From an uncultured Alphaproteobacteria bacterium (GTDB lineage Bacteria > Pseudomonadota > Alphaproteobacteria > HIMB59 > GCA-002718135), in NCBI GenBank assembly GCA_902577945.1, contig CACHBB010000004.1, positions 2,255 through 66,254 of the forward strand: a stretch of 64,000 nucleotides of DNA, given 5' to 3'. Of the stretch, positions 1 to 13,100 are shown piece by piece. The position numbers and the translations under genes were made by a program. Within the stretch, counting starts at the first letter, position 1; every line of letters begins with the position of its first letter. The notes under the pieces were generated by a model. The model was given only the letters and a program-made list of their open reading frames with translations, did no database searches and had not been told where the DNA came from.

Positions 1-58
1 TAATTTATTCACGTTATTAAATTTTTTTTAACAAAAAAATTTTTCTAGAACTTTCTTT

Positions 59-77
59 ATAAAGAATCATTCGCATT
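59..77. promoter_or_regulatory. possible Fur/Mur-type operator upstream of HTH gene
   Basis: Minus strand reads AATGCGAATGATTCTTTAT, an imperfect TGCGAAT-n-ATTCT(CA) 7-1-7 palindrome 9 nt before the ATG at 87. The AT-rich background makes a chance match possible. Confidence 0.3.
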
Positions 78-86
78 AATGTTGTT

Positions 87-542
87 ATGACAAAAATACG
101 TCCTGATTACACTAAAGCGCGTAATTATTATATTAAAGGAGAGGGAAATGAGTACCCTACTCTTCAAGATATCGCTACTGAATTTAATTATTCTTTATCA
201 ACACTAAGAAAACAAGCAGCAAATGAAGGCTGGCTTTCAAAAAGAAAAGAAAGAATTGATCTTAAAGAAACAATTAAAATGAGAAAAGATTTTATGGGAA
301 AAGCTTCTAAACTTACCAATGTTTCTTTTAATGCAATAAGTGCCGCAGAATATATAATCAATAAAATTCAAGAAGAGCAAAAGCAAATTGAATTAGGACA
401 TAAAAGTTTTGATGTTCACATTGCTACTAAGCAAATTTGGGCTTTAAATAATGCAATGAAACTTGTTGAAAGAGGTCAACAAACACTTGATGAAATTGAA
501 AATGGCCACATGTCCCCTCTTGAAGATTTTACTTTTTTATAA
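87..542 (+). CDS. HTH protein resembling phage terminase small subunit N-terminal DNA-binding domain
   Basis: DYTKARNYYIKG...TLQDIATEFNYSLSTLRKQAANEGW resembles the TerS-type HTH (Y..G..T..DIA..Y.VS..TLRK.A..EGW), followed by helical segments. Confidence 0.5.
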   Translation: MTKIRPDYTKARNYYIKGEGNEYPTLQDIATEFNYSLSTLRKQAANEGWLSKRKERIDLKETIKMRKDFMGKASKLTNVSFNAISAAEYIINKIQEEQKQIELGHKSFDVHIATKQIWALNNAMKLVERGQQTLDEIENGHMSPLEDFTFL

Positions 543-585
543 AACCTTATCTTTACATCATAATAAGCTGAACTAATTTAAAACT

Positions 586-1131
586 ATGCACAAAATAGTT
601 TTTCTATTTATTTTCTTATTTTCTAGCAGTCTTTTCTCTGCTGCATCTCCTCCATCAGAGGAAGAAAGTTCCCCTCCATCAAATAATAATTCAAGTAGTA
701 ATACTGCTGAAGATAATAGTTCTACTTCAGGTCCATCAGCTAATATTAATATTTCTAGAGATGATCATTTATTTATTTTGTACAAAAAATCGTATGACCT
801 TGTGTATGAAAAAAAATACACAAAAGCTATTAAGTTACTCGAAAAAGTTATTAAACGAAAAGATTTAAATGAAAGAACAGCCGATTTTTATAATCTACTT
901 GGATATTCTTACCGTAAACAAAGTAATCCTGATTTAGATAAATCGTATTCTTTTTATATGATTGCCCTTGAAGCAGATCCAAATCACATCCCTACTCTTG
1001 AATACTTATCAGAATTATACGTTACACTTGGTAATGAAAACAAATCAAAAGAATTATTAGAAAAGATACAATATTTAGATAATAATAATTCTTCTAAATA
1101 TCCAAAAGTAGAAAAAAAATTAGATTATTAA
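586..1131 (+). CDS. exported tetratricopeptide-repeat protein
   Basis: Signal peptide, Ser/Pro/Asn-rich linker, TPR motifs (YTKAIKLLEKVI; FYNLLGYSYRK; ALEADPNH..LEYLSELY). Confidence 0.8.
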   Translation: MHKIVFLFIFLFSSSLFSAASPPSEEESSPPSNNNSSSNTAEDNSSTSGPSANINISRDDHLFILYKKSYDLVYEKKYTKAIKLLEKVIKRKDLNERTADFYNLLGYSYRKQSNPDLDKSYSFYMIALEADPNHIPTLEYLSELYVTLGNENKSKELLEKIQYLDNNNSSKYPKVEKKLDY

Positions 1132-1132
1132 A

Positions 1133-4100
1133 TTACCACTTATATTGGCCAGTTAAACTCATTCTAATACCAGAATCATTTCCTTCAACGTGATTGTAAT
1201 CATTAATTTGACTAAGGTTGATGCCAATATCAACATTATTACTAAATGATTGCGTATAATTAATACTCATATCTAATTGTCTTCCTGAGCTTTCTAAATC
1301 TATTTCTTTATATGCATAAGGAATATTTCCATCAAGATCTGCTAATCCAGGAATACGAACTTTTAAGGCACCACTTTCAATTCTATTTGGCTGACTAACC
1401 GAGAATGATAACTTGTTTTGTTTACCTTGAAGGTTATGCAATGAAATAGATGCGTTTAAACTTGAACTAATAACATTAGTTGTTCCTTCTATTAAACTAT
1501 GATTTGCATTATCCATTCTTGATTGACCAAGTGTCCCAGAGAAACTTAAAGATAAATTATCAATTCTTTTTCCTAAATTCATACCAGTAAATAAAGAATT
1601 AGGATTTGCATTGCGATATCCTAATGCTCCTTTTCCTTCTGAGAATAAGAATGTATCTTTTTCATCTAGCGTTCCAATCAGGAATTCAACTTTTGTATTT
1701 TCATCTGTATCTAATTCAAAGGAAGCAGCTAAAGTTTCTGTTTTTAATTCATTATCTAATTCCTCACCTTTATATTCAGAGTTATGATATCCTAATACTG
1801 CTTTAATATTTCCTATTGTGTATTCACTATTCACACCAAGACCATTTGTTTTACCAACAAATGGATTACGTTGCGGTCCAAAATAAAAATTATTTCCATT
1901 ATTAAAGCTAGCAAATTTTTGTATTGCTGCATTTGGCGACTCAAGAGTAATATATGCAGTTTTTTCTTCATCCGTTGTATATGATAATGCGTTAGCTGCA
2001 TTAAATTCACTTTCAAATTGTGTGTTATCTTTTATCTGACCAAGTTTAGCTAAATCTTTATTAATATTATAGGCCGGTGGTTTTTGAATTGTCTTTTCAT
2101 CATTTAGAAGAGAAGACATATTAAATTTAAATCCACCATTTAATCCATCATAGAAGTATCCAGTTTCATTTGAAAGTCCTTCACTTATTGCATCTCCCAT
2201 TAAACCAGGTACTGATAATGTTGTTGCGGCAACATCATATCTAGTTTCTGATAAATATGTTTGATCGTTATTTCCATTATTTTGACCTACGTGATTTGTG
2301 TTACCTGTAGTTATAGAGGCAGGATTGGCATTAGATGTAATTGGAGACATTGCTGCCATGAAATCAGGTAGTCCATGACCCCATGTATTATGATATCCGT
2401 GTTTAATGCTAGCTCCATGTGTTGTAAATGTAGTATTACCAGCAGGAGTGAACCAACCATTATTTGCTGAAGCTAAAATTCTATCTACGATTTGCTCTGG
2501 TGTATGATTAGGAAATGCCTGTTTAACTAATGCAACTCCACCTGCTACCATTGGCGCTGTATAAGACGATCCCCCAACTTGCAAAGTTGCATAATATGAA
2601 GTTCCAGTAGATTCATCATAATAAGTTTGATGATTTGTTGCATAACTATCTGCTGTGAGGCAAAACTCTCGTGCTTTACCACAAGGATTTCCATAGAGAG
2701 TAAACTCAGATTCAGTAATACCAGACATATCTGTGCCAGTAAAATCTGCCCAAATAACTGACAACCAAGCATCGGATAAATCTTCTAAAGAATTACCTAA
2801 ATTATCAGTACCACCATTGTACCAATATGGTAACGCAGCTAACCAGGAAGCGTCACTATCTGTGCTATAATTTCCATTCGCAAAAACAATTACACCAGAT
2901 TGCTGAAAATTATCTAAAGCAGTTACGTATGTCTGCCAATCACTAGTTTGTGCTGCTGGAACACTTGCATTACCACTAAAGTTATATCCAGCAATTTGAT
3001 CCATTGTAAACGATGCTTTATTATTGTCATACAAGGTTTGAAACTCTGTAGCGTCTTTCATAGATGTAGAAGTATCTTTTTGACCCCAACTATTATTTGA
3101 AGCGATCGCACTGTAACCTCTTGCAGCATCTAGATCTGCTGCAAAGTCATCACCATCATAAGTTCCTTGTGTATCGGGTATTGATGAAAGTACTAAATCA
3201 GCATCTGGTGCAACGCCAGAAAATAAACTTGATGTACCTGCAGTATTATCTCCAGCAGCAAATGTTGCAACAGCGTTACAATGATAATCTGTTGCAGTAT
3301 CATTTTGGAATGTACTTTCACCTGAACCTCCATCATCAAGGTTATAAATTGTTTTATTATTAAAAACGGGTACGTTAGTATTGCAGTTAAAATCAGCTAT
3401 ATGAATTGTTTGACCAACACCAGTTAAATAATTTGATCCATCTGTCATAGCTTGAACCTCATTTATTCTCATTTGAGTATATGGATGCACAGAACTTCCA
3501 ACAAGATGAGTATCAATATTTGAATATTGAGCATCAGATGCAACACTCGAACTTGTTACTGAATCAGACCCACTATCTGCAAATGCAGTAGCTGTTCTTA
3601 ATGCATATTCTGTTATCGTGATGGAAACAGAGGTTGTTCCTGAAGTAGAAGAGTCAGCTCCTGAAACACTTGAAATAGATATCGTTGCTGTCTCTGATCC
3701 TTCATTAACTGTATCTTCAGTTGGATTAAATGTTGCCGTACCTGTTGTAGCTCCAGCACTAATAGTTATGTTTGAAATTTCAGCATAATCACTTGTTTCT
3801 GTTGCTGTACCACTTGTTCCTATTACAACAGTTATGTCTTCATCCGCTACTTGTGTTGAGGTTGCTGTTAAGGTTATATTAGATCCATTATCATAAACAC
3901 TTGTACTACTGGTACTCAACGATACTGTTGGTGCAGATTCATTTTCTGTAATAGTAATAGTTTGTGTTTGAGTTCCATCTTCTAGTACTCCTGATTTACC
4001 AGAAACAGTATTTATACTAACTGTAACAGCTTCATTACCTTCATATACTGAGTCGTCCTCTGGAGTAAAATTAACTGTTCCCGTTGTGCTAAGAGCAGAA

Positions 4101-7100
4101 ATAGTAATATTATCCACACTACCACTTCCATCTGTAAAATCTGTTCCTTCTGTTGCACCGGAGAACGAAAGATCAACAGTAATATTTTCATCTGTTGCTC
4201 CACTTAAGGTTGCGGTCATAACGACAGAAGAGCCTGAATTTTCGGCTATACTTGAAGAAGCAACACTTAATGCTACAGTAGGAGCACTATCATCTTCAGT
4301 AATAGTAAAGGTACCTGTTTCATCACCGCTATTAATTGTTGCATTACTTGGACTCGATAAAGTCATCGTAACAGTTTCATTACCTTCATAAACATTATCT
4401 TGAATAACTGTTACAGGAATATTTCCTGTTGTAGCACCAGCGCTTATTGTTAACGTTCCATCTGTTGCCGTGTAATCACTACCAGCTGTCGCTGTTCCAT
4501 TAGATGAATCATAATCAACTGTCACATCTTTGCCCGAAGCTGCTGATAGAGTTACTGTCATGTTTGTTGATGTACTGCTTTCATTTGTTGATGAAGGACT
4601 GTTAATAGATAATGTAGGAGCACTATCATTATCTGTAATTGTTAAGGTTCCAGTTCCACCTGTGATTGTACCACTTGAAGGGTTACTCAGGGTAATTGTT
4701 ACTGTTTCATTATTTTCATCTAATGTGTCGTTTGTTATTGCTACTGTAAATGTTTTAGAAGTGTCCCCAGCACTAAATGTTAATGTACCATTTGTAGTTG
4801 TGTAATCTGAACCTGCTGTTGCTGTACCAGCAGATGTTGCATATTGTATTGTCTGGGAGGAAGAATATGCACTGCTCAAAGCCACCGTAATAGTGGCATT
4901 ACCAACATCTTCTGCAACAGTAACATCTGCTACTGAGAAATTACCACTGTCATCATCAGTTATAGTTATAGTAACAGATTGATTACCATCCTCAGTGGCA
5001 CTTCCCCCAGATACTGTATCAATTGCAATCGTAGCTGTTTCATTTCCTTCAACAGTTGAATCATTAGTTGGTGTAAAATTAGCTGTCGTTGTCGTCGATC
5101 CAGCACTTATTGTCATATCATCTATTGTACCACTACCATCCGTATAATCAGTTCCCTCTGTTGCGGTACCGCTTGTGCTTAAGGCAACAGTTACATCAGC
5201 TGTTGTTGCAACTGATAAGGTAGCTGTTAATGTAAGTGAAGTACCAGCATTCTCGGCAATAGAAGTATCACTAGTAGTAAGAGTTACTGTTGGTGCTGAG
5301 TCACCATCTGTTATTGTAATGGTTATTGATTGCGTTCCACTTTCTGTTGCGCCTCCCCCTGATACATTTGACATACTTACAACAAGAGTTTCATTTCCTT
5401 CATAAAGAGAGTCAGCTGTTGGATCAAAACTATAACTCGCTTGAGTATTACCAGCATTAATAGTGATATCACCAGATGCTAAATAATCACTGGAATAATC
5501 TGCTGAACTTGCCGTTCCACCCAAAGTGACACTTACTGTAACTGTCTGAAACGTAGCTCCAGACAGTATAGCTGTTATACAGCTTGCTCCCGCACTTTCA
5601 GAGACAGTTGATGAAATAGAATTTGTATTACTACAATTGTTTAAGGTCATAGTAACTGTTGGTGCACTCTCATCATCTGTTATTGTTATGGTAACTTCTT
5701 GCGGTGTACTATTTTCTGCTACTCCTGTTTTTCCTGATACACTATTTATAGCAATTACCGCTGTTTCATTAGACGTTGCATCATAGATACTATCATTTGT
5801 TGGAGTAAACGAAACAGTTCCTGTTGTTGCACCAGCACTAATAGTAATATCAGAAAGATTACCATAATCTGTTCCTTCAGTCGCTGTTCCCGAAGTATCT
5901 AAAGTAACTGTAATGGCAGAGTCTGTTGTACCACTTAAAGTTGCCGTCAATGTTAAAGAAGATCCTGCATTCTCAGCAATACTTGTAGCACTTACTGCCA
6001 AAGTAACAGTTGGTGCACTTTCGTCATCTGTTATTGTTATAGTAACTTCTTGCGGAGTACTATTTTCTGCTACTCCTGTTTTTCCTGATACACCGTTTAT
6101 AGCAATTATGGCTGTCTCATTACCTTCGTAAACAGAATCATTAGTTGGGTCAAATGTAACAGTTCCTGTCGTTGCACCAGCACTAATAGTAATATCATCA
6201 AGATTTGATGTACCACCATCATCAGAATAATCAGTTCCCTCTGTTGATGTACCTGAAGTATCAAGGGCAACAGTAATATCTTCATCTGTTGTTCCACTTA
6301 ATGTTGCTGTTAGAGTAATAGTTGAACCAGAATTTTCAGCTATTGATGATGCGTCTACGGCTAAAGAAACTACAGGCGCAGATTCATCTTCAGTGATTGT
6401 TACAGTGACAGATTGAGAACCACTTTCAGTTGCACTACCTCCTGACACACCTGAAATAGATATGCCGGCTGTTTCATCTCCTTCATACACATTATCATTT
6501 GTTGGATCTACTGCTGCCGTTCCTGTTGTAGAACCAGCACTTATTGTAATATCTGAAACCGTTGCAAAGTCAGTGCCTTCTGTACCTGTTCCCCCTGTAC
6601 CATCAATAGTAACCGTTACGTCTTGAAATGTTGCATTCGATAACGTTGCAGTAATTGCAACAGTACTAGAAGAATCTTCATCTATAGCATCTGCACCTTT
6701 TGATAATGTAACTGTTGGAGCGCTTTCATCATCCGTAATTGTTATTGTTACATTTTGTGTTCCATCTTCAGTGGCGCTACCACCAGACACACCACTGATA
6801 TCTATTGTTGCTGTCTCATTTGAAGTTGCATCATAGATACTATCATCTGTTGGAGTAAAATTAACGGTTCCTGTTGTCGAGCCAGCAGAAATTACAATAT
6901 CATCAATTGATCCACTTCCATCGGTGTAATCCGTTCCCTCAGTTGCTGTGCCAGAAGTTGATAGAGCAACAGTGACATCAGCAGTTGTTGCTACAGATAG
7001 AGTTGCAGTTAGTGTTAACGATGAACCAGCATTCTCTGCAATGGATGTTGCACTTGTTGAAAGGGTTACAGTTGGTGCTGATTCATTATCCGTAATCGTT

Positions 7101-10100
7101 ATTGTTGCTGATTGTGATCCACTCTCTGTGGCACTTCCACCAGAGACACTATTAATAGCAACTGTTGCTGTTTCATTTCCTTCATAAACACTATCATTGG
7201 TTGGTGTAAATAAAACAGTACCTGTAGTTGCTCCTGCACTGATTGTAATGTCATCGAGATTACCTGACCCATCGGTGTAATCGGTTCCTTCTGTTGCTGT
7301 ACCACTTGTACTTAAAGCAACAGTGACATCAGCTGTTGTTGCAACAGACAGAGTTGCTGTTAAAGTTAACGATGAACCAGCATTTTCCGCAATAGTTGTA
7401 TCACTGACAGTTAATGTAACAGTTGGTGCACTTTCATCCTCTGTTATTGTGATTGTAACTGATTGATCACCGTTTTCTGATGCATCTCCACCAGAAACAC
7501 TACTAATAGCAACTGTTGCTGTTTCATCATCTTCATACACACTGTCATTTGTTGGTGTGAAATTTACTGTACCAGTTGTAGATCCAGCACTGATTGTAAT
7601 ATCATCTATTGCTCCACTTCCATCCGTGTAATCAGTTCCTTCTGTTGCTGTTCCTGACGTTGATAGCGCAACAGTAACATCTTCATCACTTGTGCTAGAG
7701 AGAGTTGCGGTTATAGTAAGAGAACTACCGGCATTCTCTGCAATAGAAGTTGCGCTAACAGTTAAAGTAACACTTCCCGCACTTTCATTATCTTGAATCG
7801 TAATCGTAGCTGATTGTGATCCACTCTCTGTTGCACTTCCACCTGAGACACTACTAATAGCAATCGTAGCCGTTTCATCACCTTCATAAACTGAATCATC
7901 AGTTAGTGTGAAGTTAACTGAACCTGTCGTACTTCCTGCGCTAATAGTGATGTCATCAAGATTGCCAGAACCATCAGTGTAATCAGTTCCTTCTGTTGCT
8001 GTACCACTTGTACTTAAAGCAACAGTTACATCTTCATCTGTTGCACCAGATAATTTTGCTTCTATTTTTAAAGACGTCGATGAATTATTCTCCCTAATGG
8101 ATGTACTTGCGTAATCATATCCTAAACTATCTATTTTAATAGATAAAGTAACAGTAGGCGCTGATTCATTTTCTGTAATAGTTATAGTAACTGCTTGAGT
8201 TCCACTCTCACTTGCTTCACCGGTAACGCTACTTATAGCAATTGTAGCAGTTTCATTTCCTTCATAAACACTATCATCAGTTGGCGTAAAGTTAACTGTA
8301 CCTGTTGTACTTCCAGCACTAATAGTAATATCATCAACATTGCCACTTCCATCGGTATAATCCGTTCCTTCTGTTGCCGTACCAGATGTACCTAATACAA
8401 CGGTAACATTTTGATCGGTTGCTCCAGATAACGTTGCTGTTAAAGTTAATGACGTTCCTGCATTTTCTGCAATAGACGTTGCACTAACAGCAAGTGTTAC
8501 TGTTGGTTCAGATTCATCTTCTGTAATTGTAACGGTAACAGATTGTGAACCACTTTCACTAGCTCCTCCACCTGAAACGGTATCAATTGCAATGACTGCT
8601 GCTTCATCATCCTCATATACCGCATCATTTGTTGGATCAAAGGTTGCTGTTCCCGTTGTTGAGCCTGCGCTGATAGTAATATCGGAAATTGTTCCGTAAT
8701 CTGTTCCTTCTGTTGCAGCTCCACTAGTACTTAATGCAACTGTTACAGCTTCATCTACTTTTATAGAAAGAGTTGCTGTTAATGTTACGGTTGATCCAGA
8801 GTTCTCAGCAATGGATGCAGCACTTCTTGCTAATGTTACTGTTGGTGCACTTTCATTTTCTGTAATTGTTATTGTTACCGATTGTGATCCACTCTCTGTG
8901 GCACTTCCACCAGATACACCATCAATCGAAATGATGGCTGTTTCATTTTCTTCATAGACTGGATCTGATGCATCATCAGTTGGGGTGAAACTTACGGTAC
9001 CAGTTGTACTACCAGCACTAATCGTAATATCATCGAGATTACCAGAACCATCCGTGTAATCAGTTCCTTCAGTGGCGGTACCAGCTGTTCCAATAGTAAC
9101 TGTTACATCCGCAGTCGTAGCTGTAGATAAGGTTGCTGTAATGGTTAATGATGATCCAGCATTCTCTGCAATTGATGTATCACTTACAGTTAATGTAACT
9201 GTTGGAGCACTTTCATCTTCCGAAATTGTAATCGTAACAGATTGCGTTCCACTCTCTGTGGCACTACCACCAGAGACACTACTAATAGCAACTGTTGCTG
9301 TTTCATCACCTTCATACACACTGTCATTGGTTGGTGTAAAGTTAACTGTTCCTGTTGTGCTACCAGCACTAATAGTAATATCATCTATATTCCCTGACCC
9401 ATCGGTGTAATCGGTTCCTTCTGTTGCTGTTCCAGAAGTTGATAATGCAACTGTAACATCAGCTGTTGTTGCAACTGATAATGTCGCTGTTAATGTGAGA
9501 GATGATCCTGCATTCTCTGCTATACTTGATCCACTAGTACTTAAAGTTACTGTTGGTGCACTTTCATTTTCTGTAATTGTAATAGTAACAGCTTGTGTAC
9601 CACTTTCACTTGCTCCACCACCTGACACACCAGACACAGAAATACCTGCTGTTTCATTTCCTTCATAAACATTATCGTCTGTTGGATCAAAAGTTACAGT
9701 ACCTGTAGTACTGCCAGCACTAATCGTAATGTCTGATACTGTACCAAAGTCTGTTCCTTCAGTTCCTGTTCCACCAGTACCATCAATGGATACTGTAACA
9801 TCTTGGAAGGTGGCAGTTGATACAGTAGCTGTTAAGGTAATTGTATCACTAGAATTTTCTGCAATAGATGATGACGCCGCTGCTAAAGTAACGGTTGGTG
9901 CACTTTCATCATCCGTTATTGTTATAGTAACTGCTTGCGGTGTACTATTTTCAGCAACACCCGTTTTTCCTGAAACGCCATTAATTGATATGGTTGCAGT
10001 TTCATTTGACGTTGCATCATAGATACTATCATTAGTTGGGGTAAATAAAACAGTACCTGTAGTTGCTCCTGCACTAATCGTAATATCATCGATGTTGCCC

Positions 10101-13100
10101 GAGCCATCGGTATAATCTGTACCTTCAGTCGCTGTTCCCGAAGTATCTAAAGCAACGGTAATATCTGCATCTGTTGTACCAGATAATGTTGCCGTTAAGG
10201 TTAAAGATGATCCTGCATTCTCCGCAATAGTTGTATCACTTACTGCTAAAGTAACAGTTGGTGCACTTTCATCATCCGTTATTGTAATAGTTACTGATTG
10301 TGTTCCGTCTTCACTTGCATCTGCTCCTGATACACCGTCAATAGAAACTATTGCTGTTTCACTTCCTTCATAAACACTATCATTGGTTGGTGTAAATAAT
10401 ACAGTTCCAGTTGTTGAATTAGCGGAAATAGTTATGTCATTTAAATTTCCACTTCCATCGGTATAATCGGTTCCCTCTGTGCCTGTTCCACCAGTTCCAA
10501 TTGTAACTGTTACATCTTCATCTGCTTTTCCAGATAGTGTCGCTGTAATAGTAAGAGATGATCCTGCATTCTCTGCAATACTATTTGCACTAACACTTAA
10601 AGCAACTGTTGGTGCACTTTCATCCTCTGTTATTGTAATGGTTACTGATTGTGTTCCACTCTCTGTAGCGCCACCTCCTGAAACAGATCCAATAGAAATA
10701 ATAGCTGTTTCATTTCCTTCGTAAATGGCATCATTTGTTGGTGTAAAATTAACGGTACTTGTTGTACTACCGGCGCTAATAGAGATGTCATCAACATTAC
10801 CACTTCCATCAGTGTAGTCTGTTCCTTCTGTTGATGTACCACCTGTATCAATACCAACAGTTACTGTTTCATCAGTTGCACCAGATAAGGTTGCTGTTAA
10901 AGTTAATGATGTCCCTGCATTTTCTGCAATACTTGTATCGCTAACAGAAAGTGTTACAGTTGGTGCAGATTCATCTTCTGTTATTGTAACGGTAACAGAT
11001 TGAGAACCACTCTCACTAGCACTTCCGCCGGAGACGCCATCAATCGTAATAGTTACAGTTTCATCATCTTCATAAATATTATCATCAGTTGGATCAACAG
11101 ACGTTGTGCCTGTTGTGCTACCTGCACTAATAGTAATATCAGAAATAGTTGCATAATCTGTTCCTTCTGTTCCACCTGATGCACCAATTGTAACGGTAAC
11201 ATCTTGGTATGTTGCATTTGATAATGTTGCGGTAATCGTAACAGTACTAGAAGAATCTTCATCAATAGCTGGAGCACCTCTTGTTAGTGTTACTGTTGGT
11301 GCACTTTCATTATCGGTAATAGTAATTGTTACTGATTGAGTTCCATTTTCTAATGCATCACCTCCTGAAACTGTATCAATGGACACCGTTGCTGTTTCAT
11401 TTGATGTTGCATCATAAATACTATCATCTGTTGGCGTAAAAGTTGTCGTTCCTGTTAATGATCCAGCAGTAACAGTAATATTCGACAAAGATCCATAATC
11501 TGTTCCTTCAGTAGCACTACCAGATGTACCAAGTGTAACGGTAACATCTTCTGATGCCGTTTTAGATAGCGTTGCCGTTAAGGTTAACGTTGAACCTGAA
11601 TTTTCTGCAATCGATGCTGAGCTCACAGTTAACGTAACTCGAGGAACACTTTCGTCATCTAAAATACTAATGGTAACAGATTGCGATCCACTCTCTGTAG
11701 CACCACCACCACTGACACCACTAATGGCAATTGTTGCAGTAACAGTATCTGTTTCATCGGAGTCATCGGTTGGATCAAAAGTTGCTGTTCCTGTTGTGGA
11801 ACCAGCACTAATAGTAATATCAGATATATTACCATAATCCGTTCCCTCTGTTGCCGTACCAGATGTACTAATTGCAATAGTTACATCTTGATAAGTTGCA
11901 TTTGATAGTGTCGCTGTTAACGTAATAGTTGAAGCAGAATTTTCTGCAATACTAGTTGATGATGCTGCTAATGTAACAGTGGGTGCACTATCATCATCTG
12001 TTATTGTAATTGTTACTGATTGTGAACCACTCTCACTAGCACTTCCACCTGAAACACCACTAATAGCAATGGTGGCAGTCTCATCGGATGCCGCATCATA
12101 CAAACTATCATTTGTAGGTGTAAAGCTTACTGTACCTGTTGTTGATCCAGCCGAAATAACAATGTCATCTAAATTTCCTGAACCATCGGTGTAATCCGTT
12201 CCCTCAGTTGCGGTACCACTTGTACTTAAAGCAACAGTGACATCAGCTGTTGTTGCAACTGATAACGTTGCAGTCAGTGTTAACGAAGAACCAGCATTCT
12301 CTGCAATTGTATTATCACTTGTTGCAAGTGTGACGGTTGGCGCTGATTCATTTTCTGCAATTGTAACACTTACTTGTTGTGTTCCATTTTCAGTAACACC
12401 AGATTTTCCTGAAACACTTCCAATATCAATGGTCGCTGTTTCATCTCCTTCATAAATATTATCATCTGTTGGATCGAGTGTTGACGTACCTGTTGTTGCA
12501 CCTACACTAATGGTAATATCCGAAATTGTTCCATAGTCTGTTCCCTCTGTTGCGGTACCAGATGTATCTAGTGCGACGGTAACAGCTGTATCTGTTACAC
12601 CAGAAATAGTCGCCGTTAATGTGATAGTAGAAACAGAATTTTCATCTATTGACGCTGCACTTCTTGTTAACGTAATAGTTGGTGCTGATTCATCTTCAGA
12701 GATCGTAATAGTAACAGATTGTGAACCACTCTCACTAGCATCAGCTCCCGAAACACTACTAATAGCAATTATTGCCGTTTCATCACCTTCATACACACTG
12801 TCATTTGTTGGTGTGAAATTTACTGTACCAGTTGTAGATCCAGCACTGATTGTAATGTCATCTATATTCCCTGACTCATCTGTATAATCGGTTCCTTCTG
12901 TAGAAGTTCCAGAAGTAGATAAAGCAACGGTTACAGCTTCATCGGCAGCACCTGATAACGTAGCAGTAATTGTTAAAGATGATCCAGCATTTTCGGCAAT
13001 ACTTGTTGCACTAACACTTAAAGCTACTGTAGGTGCAGATTCATCTTCTGAGATAGTAATAGTAACAGATTGAGAACCACTTTCACTAGCTCCTCCTCCA

